A stretch of 64,000 nucleotides of DNA from an uncultured Fibrobacteraceae bacterium (GTDB lineage: Bacteria > Krumholzibacteriota > Krumholzibacteriia > LZORAL124-64-63), in contig CAYLIV010000010.1 of assembly GCA_964384055.1 (NCBI GenBank), positions 13,829 to 77,828 on the forward strand, given 5' to 3'. Both the position numbers and the translations under genes were made by a program. The notes under the pieces are model-generated. The model was not told the origin of the DNA. It ran no database searches and worked only from the letters and a program-made list of their open reading frames with translations. Positions 45,186 to 53,622 of the stretch are shown piece by piece (positions within the stretch are counted from its first letter, which is position 1; every line of letters starts with the position of its first letter).

Positions 45186-46277
45186 TCACGGCGCGCGTCG
45201 TGGCGATCCGGATGATCCGGGTGATCCGGGTGATTCAGATGATCGTGGCAACCACAGCCGGGTCGCATAGCTCGCGGCTACCCAGGCCGCGATCGGGAGC
45301 GCGAAAAGCGGCCAGCGTTGCAGGCCCGGCAGCGCCGCGGCGACGATGGCCAGTGTGATGCCGGCGATCAACAGCCGGCGCGGTGGCGTCGGCGGTCGCG
45401 AACCGGCAGCCGCCTGGCTGCCGACCGGCGAACGGGACTCGGTAGCGCACCAGATACCAACCGCCACGCAACACAGGAGCAAGCACCCCAGCCAGGCGGC
45501 GGGCAATCCCGCCAGGGAGCCGGACGTATGCGGAGCGAACACCGCAACGCCCAGCGCCAGGACAACCAGCAGCAACGCCAATCTCGTGGTCACGGCCGGT
45601 CCCCAGCGCACGGCCATGCTGATCTTGCCCGAGCGTTGATCGCCGTCCAGGTCCAGCAGGGTGGTCCACAGGAAGGCCGCTCCCACCAGCATGTGCAACA
45701 AGACCAACGTCGCGGCCAGTCCCGGCAGGCCGGCGTTTACGGTTTCTCCGCCCAGCCCGCCGGCCTGGACGAAGCCGAACAACGGCGCGATCAGAGCGTA
45801 ACCGCCGGTATTGGCGGCGAGATCCCATCCCCAGCGATGCGCCATCCTGACGGGCGGGAGACTGTACAGGGCGCCGAGAGCGAGGGTCGCCGCCACGGCT
45901 GCGAAAGCTGTGACTCCGCCATGATATCCGCACAGGAGCGCGGCGACGGCGCCCACGCCGGCCGCAACGCCCAGGCACCGTCCGGACACCCGGCCCTGCC
46001 AGAAGAGATTCTTGGCGTTGCGCCGGTCACCATCCCGATCCGCGACCAGGTTGACCAGGTGGGTCGCCACGAGGGCGAGGCTCCAGGCGCAAACGGCCAG
46101 CGTCAGGGAACGGCTCGGCGATACCGGGTCGGCTACCCGCGCTGCGCCGCTCAGCGCACATACCCAGGCGGGAATCAGCAAGTGGGGCCGAGCAGCAGCG
46201 AAGCAGACGGCGACCGGCAGCAAACCGGACATCAGTCGGGAACCTTCGCGCATCGGTACAGGAGAGAAACCGCTCAT
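45186..46277 (-). CDS. UbiA-superfamily prenyltransferase-like integral membrane protein
   Basis: Multi-TM protein with two Asp-rich motifs (NLVADRDGDRRNAKN; LLDLDGDQRSGK) resembling the NDxxDxxxD and DxxxD motifs of UbiA-family enzymes. Divergent from characterised members. The C-terminal SPGSPGSSGSP tail is encoded by a 9-nt repeat. Confidence 0.55.
   Translation of the reverse strand: MSGFSPVPMREGSRLMSGLLPVAVCFAAARPHLLIPAWVCALSGAARVADPVSPSRSLTLAVCAWSLALVATHLVNLVADRDGDRRNAKNLFWQGRVSGRCLGVAAGVGAVAALLCGYHGGVTAFAAVAATLALGALYSLPPVRMAHRWGWDLAANTGGYALIAPLFGFVQAGGLGGETVNAGLPGLAATLVLLHMLVGAAFLWTTLLDLDGDQRSGKISMAVRWGPAVTTRLALLLVVLALGVAVFAPHTSGSLAGLPAAWLGCLLLCCVAVGIWCATESRSPVGSQAAAGSRPPTPPRRLLIAGITLAIVAAALPGLQRWPLFALPIAAWVAASYATRLWLPRSSESPGSPGSSGSPRRAP
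45203..45247. repeat. Imperfect 9-nt microsatellite (about 5 copies of rTGATCCGG) at the 3' end of the UbiA-like gene
   Basis: gcgatccgg atgatccgg gtgatccgg gtgattcag atgatcgtg. On the minus strand this encodes ...SPGSPGSSGSP. Confidence 0.7.
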
Positions 46278-47449
46278 GCGGCGAGACTATATTGGTGTCC
46301 TTCTTCGATCAAGGCGTAGGTCCAACCCAGTTCGACGACGAGCTGGTAGGTGGCGTTCCCGAGCATGCCCTGATTGACCAGCAGCGACAGCATTTCCGGA
46401 TAGTGCCCGTTCTGGTAGCGGAACAGCTCCAGCGCCCGCTCGACATCGTGCTGGATCTGGCGGAGGCGCAAACGGCGATTGACCTGCTGGGTGCCGTCGA
46501 GACCCGTGACCATCTCGACCCGGTCGGTAGTGCCGGGACCAACTCCGGGTGTGATCTCGATGACCGGCTCGGCCAGGCCGATGGCCGCGACCTCACCCGT
46601 CATCAAGGGCGCCCAGCGCAAGTAGCCCGCGATCGCGAAGAGCACCAGGATCAACACCGCTACCGGCATCGATTTCAAGGCGGAGGCGCGGCTGGTCTCT
46701 GACTTGCGGCCGCCGTTTCCCTGGCCTGACCGGTCGTCCTGGTCGGGTCTGACCAGCGTCAGATAGCCCTCATCACAGAAGGTCTTCAGCAGCGTGCGCA
46801 CGGTGAAGCTGTCCGCCTTGCCGGTCCGGATGATCCGGCCGACGGTCTCGCCGGCGAGGGCCAGCTGCATTATCCGGGTGGCGGTGGCACTCAGCTCCTC
46901 GGGGCTCGGCACCGTCTCTCCCTGCCGGAAGGTGATCGCCTGTGACGAGAAGACTTCCTTGAGCTGGGTTTCCTCGTCCAGCCGGCGGGCAGCCTCCATG
47001 AGCAGACCTTGCACATCGAGCCGGTAACGGAAGCGCACACCGGGCGGCGTCTCCTTGGTCGCCGTGAAATGATAGCGTCCACGACGCAACTGCATGCCGT
47101 GGTGCGCCATCTCCTGGGCCAGTACCTGCAGCACCAGAATCAGTTCCTCTTCGTCGAGCAGCGACTCCGAGAGCAGGATCTCGGTCAGGTCGAGTGAGCT
47201 GTTGCCCTTGATGAATTCGATGTGCTTCCACTGGGCTTCGCTGAAGAAGCCGTATGACTGCAAATAGGTTTCGAGCGGATCCTTGGCCTTGCTGCGCCGG
47301 TCCCGTGTCGAGATCAGATAGCCCTTGTCGAAGACGAAGACCATTTCGCGCCGGCTTTCCAGGACCAGGAAACCGGACTTCTGCTGGCTGGCGATCAACT
47401 GCAGAATCTCGGCCAGGTTAAAATCGCTCAGCTGTCCTTCGAGTGCCAT
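46274..47449 (-). CDS. DUF4388 (PATAN-like) domain protein with a TM helix and a pseudopilin-like C-terminal motif
   Basis: N-terminus LEGQLSDFNLAEILQLIASQQKSGFLVL is characteristic of DUF4388. One TM segment (MPVAVLILVLFAIAGYL). The C-terminus (ALELFRYQNGHYPEMLSLLVNQGML) resembles the GspG/pseudopilin periplasmic motif. Start at ATG 47449 with an AGGAAGG RBS. An alternative TTG lies at 47458. Confidence 0.5.
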   Translation of the reverse strand: MALEGQLSDFNLAEILQLIASQQKSGFLVLESRREMVFVFDKGYLISTRDRRSKAKDPLETYLQSYGFFSEAQWKHIEFIKGNSSLDLTEILLSESLLDEEELILVLQVLAQEMAHHGMQLRRGRYHFTATKETPPGVRFRYRLDVQGLLMEAARRLDEETQLKEVFSSQAITFRQGETVPSPEELSATATRIMQLALAGETVGRIIRTGKADSFTVRTLLKTFCDEGYLTLVRPDQDDRSGQGNGGRKSETSRASALKSMPVAVLILVLFAIAGYLRWAPLMTGEVAAIGLAEPVIEITPGVGPGTTDRVEMVTGLDGTQQVNRRLRLRQIQHDVERALELFRYQNGHYPEMLSLLVNQGMLGNATYQLVVELGWTYALIEEGHQYSLAA

Positions 47450-47473
47450 CGCGGGCAACCTTCCTGCCGGGTG

Positions 47474-49681
47474 TTATCGAGCCCGGTCCGGTATCTCATC
47501 CATTACGGCTGCACTGGCCAGGAATCGTTCGGGAATGCGATGTCGCAGATTGGTGCCGTCGATCATCGCCAGCAGGTACATGATCAGCAGCAGCATGCCG
47601 CCGACGGCAAGGGTCCAGTCCGTCCAGCCCGGCCAGGTATGGTTGGGCAGCGGGAACCACACCGGATGTATGGTCTCCGAGGCCAGCAACAGGCCCGGGG
47701 TCAGCCAGGAGGCCGCCGGATCGAAGGCCCAGGCAAACAGGACGAGATACAGGGCGACGGCCACGCCGGCCAGACGCCAGATCGCCCGCCCCAGATCGCC
47801 CACCAGAAGATGGCCCGCGCCCGGCAGGATACGGCTGGTCAAGTTGATACGCTGGCTGTGTTGCAGTCGCACCGCCACGCTGCGGTTCTTCAGGAGTGTG
47901 GCCAGCACCATGTCGCTGCGTGCTCGATCGGCGGTCTCCCCGCACGACGGACACAACCAGACACCGTCGTGTACGCGCGAGCATTCGTGGCAAATCGTCC
48001 AGTTGCAGTTACCGCAGTTTCGCGGATCGTTCTGATGGCTCCACCAGAAGGTGAAGGCCATGGCCATCAAGAGCGATCCTGCCAGCACGATGAACAGTGA
48101 CAGCGGTGGGCAGCCCAGGAAGAAGTTCCACGAAGCCATGTGCGCATAGGGATCGTAGTTCGGCGCCTCCCAGCTACTGCTCGCGCGTAGTTCGGCGCTG
48201 GTCGGTCCGAGATAGACGACGGGGGAGTAGCCCTCGGCCTGACTCGACGGATTCTCCCAGACCGGCGGATTGAATCCCAGCGCCCGGGCATCCCGCAACG
48301 CGTCGCTGGCCTCGGGAACGAACAGTTTCTTGAAATAGACCTGGGCCAGATTGTAGGGGATCTCGCCGTGCTTCGGGGCCAGTTTCCTGACGAGCTGATA
48401 GCCGTTGATGGCCGCATCGAGGTAGCCGCGGTAGTAGGTGTTGTTGGCCAGGCCGATCTGCGCCGCCACGTGGGTCGGGTCGTGCATCAAGATGGTCTGA
48501 AAGAGCTGACTGCTCTGGGTATACTGGCCGCGACGCGCTCGCTGGATGGCGAGCGCCAGCTGGAGCCGCGCCCGCCGCTCGGGATCGTTGGCGGTCGAGA
48601 TCTTCCGTTCCAGCGTGGCGATCAGATTGCTGGCCGGGGCCTGGCGGCTGGCCCGGACCAGGAGCGAAGTCTCGCTGTCCGGGTCCAATGCCGGGATGGC
48701 GTTGCGCAGCAACGACCAGTTGGGAAACAGGAGCAGACAGGCCGCCAACCACACGACAACGAGCAGGCGACGCTCGCCGCACCGCGTCTGGATGACCAGC
48801 GGAATCGAGAGCAGCGCCAGCAACCCGACCCAACCCGGGCGCAGGAACAGAAAGCCCAGGATCAGCAAGAAGGGCAGCCAGAGGCGCGGCGTGTGTTTCG
48901 GATCGCGGTACATCATGGCCGATATATCGTGCGCCAGGTAGTGCCAGTTCTTGAGCAGATAGGCCGCTACCAGAACCGACCAGAAAAGCGCGCTCAGCAA
49001 CACGAGACCCTGGTGGCCCAGGATGATCAGTCGCTGCTGGCCGACAGGGTCCTGCACGACCGCGCGGAGCGCCTTGGGCATGGCCCACACGAAGGCGCCC
49101 GGATCGAATTTCTTCAGGGCCTGGCTGGAATGCCACCAGCGATATCGCGACTGGGAACGGTCAGCGATCAGCGCCTCGTCCACTTTGGCGCTCGCCAGGT
49201 CGAAATCACCGTCGGACATGGCTTTGCGCGCCAGATGGAACTGATATTCACCGCCGAGTGGATCGTCCAGGCGAGGCGGCCGGCGGGGCGTTTTCGCCGC
49301 GGGCACGTGCGTCGCCTTGGCCTCGGGCAAAAGTTTCCGGGAGATGCCCATTTCGGCCGGAGAGGTACCGCCGCCAGCGGTCGCCACCGCAGGGGTGTGC
49401 AGGGTATCGAGCGGTGCGTTCGCCGTATTCGGCGCCGTCGGCATGACCGTCGCGGCCGTGTTTGGCTGCGCGTGCGCGGCAGTGACGCCGAGTGTCGGAA
49501 GGGCCAGCAGCACCAGCAGCGCGACAATGGCGCCGCCTCGCGGTCGGTGCGGCCGGTGCCCGAATTGCCGCTGCCGCCGACCTTTACGGCCGCGGTCAAC
49601 GGTAACGTCGGGCCGCTGGTTCCGGTCGGGATTCTTCATGCGGTAGCAGGCCATTCGTTGTTGAAACGCGTAGGTGATCAT
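47474..49681 (-). CDS. Polytopic membrane protein with TPR-like repeats and a CxxC...CxxC zinc-ribbon (function unknown)
   Basis: Multiple hydrophobic helices, a TPR-like segment (YYRGYLDAAINGYQLVRKLAPKHGEIPYNLAQVYF), and CGNCNWTICHECSRVHDGVWLCPSCGE. The start is uncertain; candidates are 49681, 49654 and 49639. No confident family assignment. Confidence 0.4.
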   Translation of the reverse strand: MITYAFQQRMACYRMKNPDRNQRPDVTVDRGRKGRRQRQFGHRPHRPRGGAIVALLVLLALPTLGVTAAHAQPNTAATVMPTAPNTANAPLDTLHTPAVATAGGGTSPAEMGISRKLLPEAKATHVPAAKTPRRPPRLDDPLGGEYQFHLARKAMSDGDFDLASAKVDEALIADRSQSRYRWWHSSQALKKFDPGAFVWAMPKALRAVVQDPVGQQRLIILGHQGLVLLSALFWSVLVAAYLLKNWHYLAHDISAMMYRDPKHTPRLWLPFLLILGFLFLRPGWVGLLALLSIPLVIQTRCGERRLLVVVWLAACLLLFPNWSLLRNAIPALDPDSETSLLVRASRQAPASNLIATLERKISTANDPERRARLQLALAIQRARRGQYTQSSQLFQTILMHDPTHVAAQIGLANNTYYRGYLDAAINGYQLVRKLAPKHGEIPYNLAQVYFKKLFVPEASDALRDARALGFNPPVWENPSSQAEGYSPVVYLGPTSAELRASSSWEAPNYDPYAHMASWNFFLGCPPLSLFIVLAGSLLMAMAFTFWWSHQNDPRNCGNCNWTICHECSRVHDGVWLCPSCGETADRARSDMVLATLLKNRSVAVRLQHSQRINLTSRILPGAGHLLVGDLGRAIWRLAGVAVALYLVLFAWAFDPAASWLTPGLLLASETIHPVWFPLPNHTWPGWTDWTLAVGGMLLLIMYLLAMIDGTNLRHRIPERFLASAAVMDEIPDRAR

Positions 49682-50135
49682 ACGACGATCCTGCGGTTGC
49701 GCCGGCCTACGGGGCCCGACGGTTTGTGCTCGTCGCGAACATGACGCGGTGAGAACATGGCATATTGCCCTGTTCGATTGCTCCGGGGGGTTGATGTATC
49801 AATGTTTGTGCCGAACAGCGCTCATCGTTTCTGATTGTTGCGGATAACAACGCGTGAACGAAGTGCTCTGGCGCCACTACTGACGGTACGGCAGGCGGTT
49901 CCGTCGTTTCGCCGCTACCGGACAACACGGTTTTCGTGGACATCTGCGGGCGAGGACTGCGCAGGTGGGCGGCGCAAACCTGTCGGCAACAGCCCGGAGC
50001 CGATGCAAAATACTGTTGTGCGAACAACTTGCCTGGTTGATCATCGGGCTGCGCGCAGCATTCCGCTGTCCTGAAGAACTGACCGACTGCAGCAGAGGAT
50101 GTACTTGCTTGACCCGTTTGCTGGAAAGACCGGCC

Positions 50136-51872
50136 ATGGCACGTGCCGGGATTCTGGTCCTGGCCGGATTCTGTGGCCTGCTCGGCCTGCTGCTCGAATA
50201 CGGGGTCGGCGTTGGCGCTCCCCGGCGCTGGATCGTCCAGGCCTTGACCCTCGCGTCCGTCCTGTTTTTTCTGTTCGAACTGGTCTGGGCAGGCACGGTG
50301 CTGCGTCCCTGGCGGCGATTTATCGCCCGGCGCTGGCCGGCGCTGTTGCTGACCTTTCTGCTGGCGAGCGAGCTGGTCGTCATTGCCTTCGGGGGCGGCA
50401 GTCGCTGGTTCGGTAGCGTGCTGCGCTCGATCTCCATCGGCTCGGTGACCCAGGCCTACCTGATCGTGGTCCACTTCTACATCCTGGGATTGCTGGCCGT
50501 GCAATTGCCGCATCTGCATTCGCGCTTCGCCAGCTCGCGCGTGCGACCGGCGCTGGCCTTCCCGCTGGTTTTCCTGGGTATCATTCTCGTCGGTTCGTTG
50601 CTTCTCGTGCTACCGCGGGCGGCGGCCGACGGTCAACCCTTGCGCTGGCTCGACGCACTGTTCACGTCCACCTCCGCGGTCTGTGTCACCGGACTCGTGG
50701 TGCGCGACACCGCCACTGGTTTCTCCGTGTTCGGGCAGACGATTCTGCTCATTCTGATCCAGATCGGCGGCCTCGGCATCATGTCGCTCACCGCGACTTT
50801 CAGCATGCTGCTCGGGCGCGGGATCGGCGTGCGCGAGAACAGTCTGCTGCGGGAGGTCTTCCAGGTGCCGCTGTGGGACGAGGTCGGCCGGATGCTGCGC
50901 TTCATCGTCCTGTTCACCGTGATCGCCGAGGCGCTGGGAACCGCGCTGCTCTACCTGGGGCTCGAGCCGATGATTCCGGCCGCGGGCGAGCGGCTGCATT
51001 GCGCGCTGTTCCATGCCGTCTCCGCCTTCTGCAACGCGGGCTTCAGTACCTTCAGCGCGAGTCTCGTCCCGGTGGCGGATAGTCCGCTGGTCATGGGGAG
51101 CATTGCCGCGCTGCTGATCGTCGGGGGGCTGGGTTTCACCGTCGTGGCCAATCTGCTGGCCTTTGCGCGCGGCTGGATGCTGCGCCGCGACGGAGTACGC
51201 CCGCGACTCATGCTGCAGACTCGGATCGTGCTCAGCCTGACGGCACTCTTGCTGGTGACCGGAACCTTCGCACTCCTGGGTCTCGAAGGCGACGGCGCGT
51301 TCGCCGGCCGCTCTTCGTTGCAGCAGCTCGGACTGGCTTTCTTCCAGTCGGCGACCACGCGCACCGCGGGCTTCAACAGCGTGGACATGAGTCTCCTGTC
51401 GACGCCGTCGCTTTTCTTGATGATCGTGTTGATGTTCATCGGCGCGGCGCCGGGATCGACCGGCGGCGGCGTCAAGCTGACGACCGTGGCGATTCTCTGG
51501 GCCAATCTGCGCTCGATCGCCTCGGGACTGCGGCGGGTCCGGCTGCTCGATCGGGAGATCTCGCGGACGGCCGTGCAGCGAGCGATCATCGTGGCGTACG
51601 CCGGCATGGTGATCGCGGCGATCAGCGTGTTCGTGCTGTTGATCACCGAGGGGAGACCCTTGCTGATGACAGCCTTCGAGGTGTTCTCGGCGCTGGGTAC
51701 GGTCGGCCTCTCCCTCGGCATGACGAGCGAGCTTTCCCCTGTCGGACGCCTGCTCATCATGGTATTGATGTTCATCGGCCGGCTCGGTCCGCTCACGCTG
51801 GCCTACGGCCTGGTCGGACCGGCGCGGGAACGGCGTGTGCGTCTGCCGCGCGCCAAGATCATGATCGGATGA
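50136..51872 (+). CDS. trkH: Trk/Ktr-family potassium uptake membrane subunit
   Basis: Repeated pore-loop motifs (SAVCVTGL, GGLGIMSL, NAGFST, TGGGVKLTT). The ATG at 50136 is chosen over the longer upstream ORF call. Confidence 0.8.
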   Translation: MARAGILVLAGFCGLLGLLLEYGVGVGAPRRWIVQALTLASVLFFLFELVWAGTVLRPWRRFIARRWPALLLTFLLASELVVIAFGGGSRWFGSVLRSISIGSVTQAYLIVVHFYILGLLAVQLPHLHSRFASSRVRPALAFPLVFLGIILVGSLLLVLPRAAADGQPLRWLDALFTSTSAVCVTGLVVRDTATGFSVFGQTILLILIQIGGLGIMSLTATFSMLLGRGIGVRENSLLREVFQVPLWDEVGRMLRFIVLFTVIAEALGTALLYLGLEPMIPAAGERLHCALFHAVSAFCNAGFSTFSASLVPVADSPLVMGSIAALLIVGGLGFTVVANLLAFARGWMLRRDGVRPRLMLQTRIVLSLTALLLVTGTFALLGLEGDGAFAGRSSLQQLGLAFFQSATTRTAGFNSVDMSLLSTPSLFLMIVLMFIGAAPGSTGGGVKLTTVAILWANLRSIASGLRRVRLLDREISRTAVQRAIIVAYAGMVIAAISVFVLLITEGRPLLMTAFEVFSALGTVGLSLGMTSELSPVGRLLIMVLMFIGRLGPLTLAYGLVGPARERRVRLPRAKIMIG

Positions 51873-51886
51873 AAGGAAGGATTGAT

Positions 51887-52555
51887 ATGCACAAGGTTGC
51901 GGTCTTCGGGCTGGGCAGATTCGGCGCCAGCGTCGCCGGATCGTTGTATGCGAAAGGCGCCGAGGTGCTCGCGATTGATCGTAGCCTGAAGCTCGTGGAG
52001 CAGAGCAAGGATGAGGTGTCGGTCGCCGTGGCCTGCGACGCCACCGACCTGGCGAATCTGCAGGCCTACGACGTGGGCAACATGGACGTGGCCGTGGTGG
52101 CGATCGGCACCAACTTCGAGGCTTCGGTGCTCGTCACCCTGCTGTGCCGCGAACTCGGCGTCGGGCGCATCGTGGCCAAGGCGCTCAATCCGCTCCAGGC
52201 CAAGGTCCTGGTCGAGGTGGGCGCCGACCGGGTGGTCATGCCCGAGGAGGAAATGGGGAGTCGACTGGCGGAACATCTGTTGCACGAACGGGTTGTGGAT
52301 TTCGTGGAACTGCCGCCGGGCTTCAGCCTGCGTCGCGTCAAGGTGCCGTCGGAGTGGGCGGGACAGTGTCTGAGCGACCTGCGGCTGCTGGGCGAGCAAA
52401 AACTCAATCTCATTCAGATCGTGCGCGGCGGTGAGCAGCAGGACAGTCCGGGAGTCGAGAGAATTCCGCTACCCTGCGGCGAGACCGTGCTGCTGGAGAA
52501 TGATCTGATCGACGTGATCGGTCCGGACAAGGCGCTCCTGAAGCTCATGCCCTGA
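51887..52555 (+). CDS. trkA: Trk/Ktr system NAD-binding regulatory subunit (RCK N and C domains)
   Basis: Rossmann motif (VAVFGLGRFGASVAGSL) and an RCK_C region. AAGGAAGGA RBS. The trkH stop lies 15 nt upstream. Confidence 0.85.
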   Translation: MHKVAVFGLGRFGASVAGSLYAKGAEVLAIDRSLKLVEQSKDEVSVAVACDATDLANLQAYDVGNMDVAVVAIGTNFEASVLVTLLCRELGVGRIVAKALNPLQAKVLVEVGADRVVMPEEEMGSRLAEHLLHERVVDFVELPPGFSLRRVKVPSEWAGQCLSDLRLLGEQKLNLIQIVRGGEQQDSPGVERIPLPCGETVLLENDLIDVIGPDKALLKLMP

Positions 52556-52835
52556 TTTCCAGCAGCGCTGAAACCGCCCTTTCGGCGCGCTGCCGGTGGT
52601 CGGCCTGGTGCCGTTAAGGGCTGAAAATAAAGAAAAAAAGACTTCCCTGTAGCTATTGATGGGAGTAAATTGGCTCCGATTGTCAGGCACAGTTTTCGCT
52701 TGCAGGTCTGACCTGTGGCGAAAAACGTTTGTGTATATTCGAGTACCGATTTCGGGAACCGAGGAGCGATTGCGCTGGAAAACCCGTTTTGTGGCGTGAA
52801 ACGGATGAACCAGTTGCGAGCAAAGGAGTGAAAAG

Positions 52836-53483
52836 ATGTTGTCCACGAACCGTAGTTTCTTGACCGTTGCCAGGAATGTGGCCTTGCTGGGTCTGCTGCT
52901 GACCGTCTTTGCCCTGGCCGGCTGCTCCTGCAAGGAGTTCGAGGATCAGATCGTGCAGCTGCAGGACGAGATTTCTGGGCTCCAGGCACAGGTTGCCGAC
53001 AAGGAAGCCACCATTGCCGAGTGCAGCCAGATCAAAGAGGAACTCGAAGCGAATCTGCGCGAAGCCAAGGCGGAGAACGCCGTGCTCGTCGAGCAGATCG
53101 AGGAAGTGGTATACGTCGAGATCCCGGGCGAGGTTCTGTTTGGTAATTCGCAGGTGATGGTGCTCGACACCATGGTGCCGACCCTCGAAGCGATTGCCAG
53201 CAGCATCCGGCAACACCCCGGCTGGGATGTGTTCGTCGAGGGTTATACCGACAACAAGAAGATCATTGAGGATTTCCAGGAAATGTGGCCGACGAACTGG
53301 GAACTGGGCGCCGCCCGGGCCAGCGCCGTCGTGACCTATCTGACGAATGAATTCGATCTCGCGGCGGAACGCTTCGCCGCGGTGAGCTACGGCCCCTTCC
53401 GGCCGGTAGCCGATAACGATACCGAGGACGGACGGGCCCAGAACCGGATGGTTCGGGTCACCATGCACAAACCGATGCACTAG
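52836..53483 (+). CDS. OmpA-family lipoprotein with an N-terminal coiled coil
   Basis: Lipobox (LLTVFALAGCS) and OmpA C-like motifs (VFVEGYTDN...WELGAARASAVVTYL...NRMVRV). AAAGGAG RBS. Confidence 0.7.
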   Translation: MLSTNRSFLTVARNVALLGLLLTVFALAGCSCKEFEDQIVQLQDEISGLQAQVADKEATIAECSQIKEELEANLREAKAENAVLVEQIEEVVYVEIPGEVLFGNSQVMVLDTMVPTLEAIASSIRQHPGWDVFVEGYTDNKKIIEDFQEMWPTNWELGAARASAVVTYLTNEFDLAAERFAAVSYGPFRPVADNDTEDGRAQNRMVRVTMHKPMH

Positions 53484-53504
53484 GCTGTATCGAGACCCGG
53501 AAAA

Positions 53505-53552
53505 CAGCGTCGCACCCCCGGAACCTGCTGCGGGGTGCGACGCTTTGTTTTT
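53505..53552. terminator. Bidirectional rho-independent terminator between the convergent OmpA-like and cysteine-desulfurase-family genes
   Basis: A 12-13 bp stem (agcgtcgcacccc / ggggtgcgacgct) followed by TTGTTTTTT on the plus strand and an A-rich run before the stem. Confidence 0.7.
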
Positions 53553-53622
53553 TGGCAACGGTTTGTACGGGATAGCGTGCGCCGGATATATGCCGACCGG
53601 GTCAGGGGCGGGCCGGCTGCGG

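Noticed and set aside
52556-52835. Possible terminator hairpin after trkA (cagcgc...ccgccctttcggcg...gcgctg)
   Set aside because: The stem is present but no T-run follows. The AT-rich sequence that follows more likely serves as the promoter region for the OmpA-like gene.
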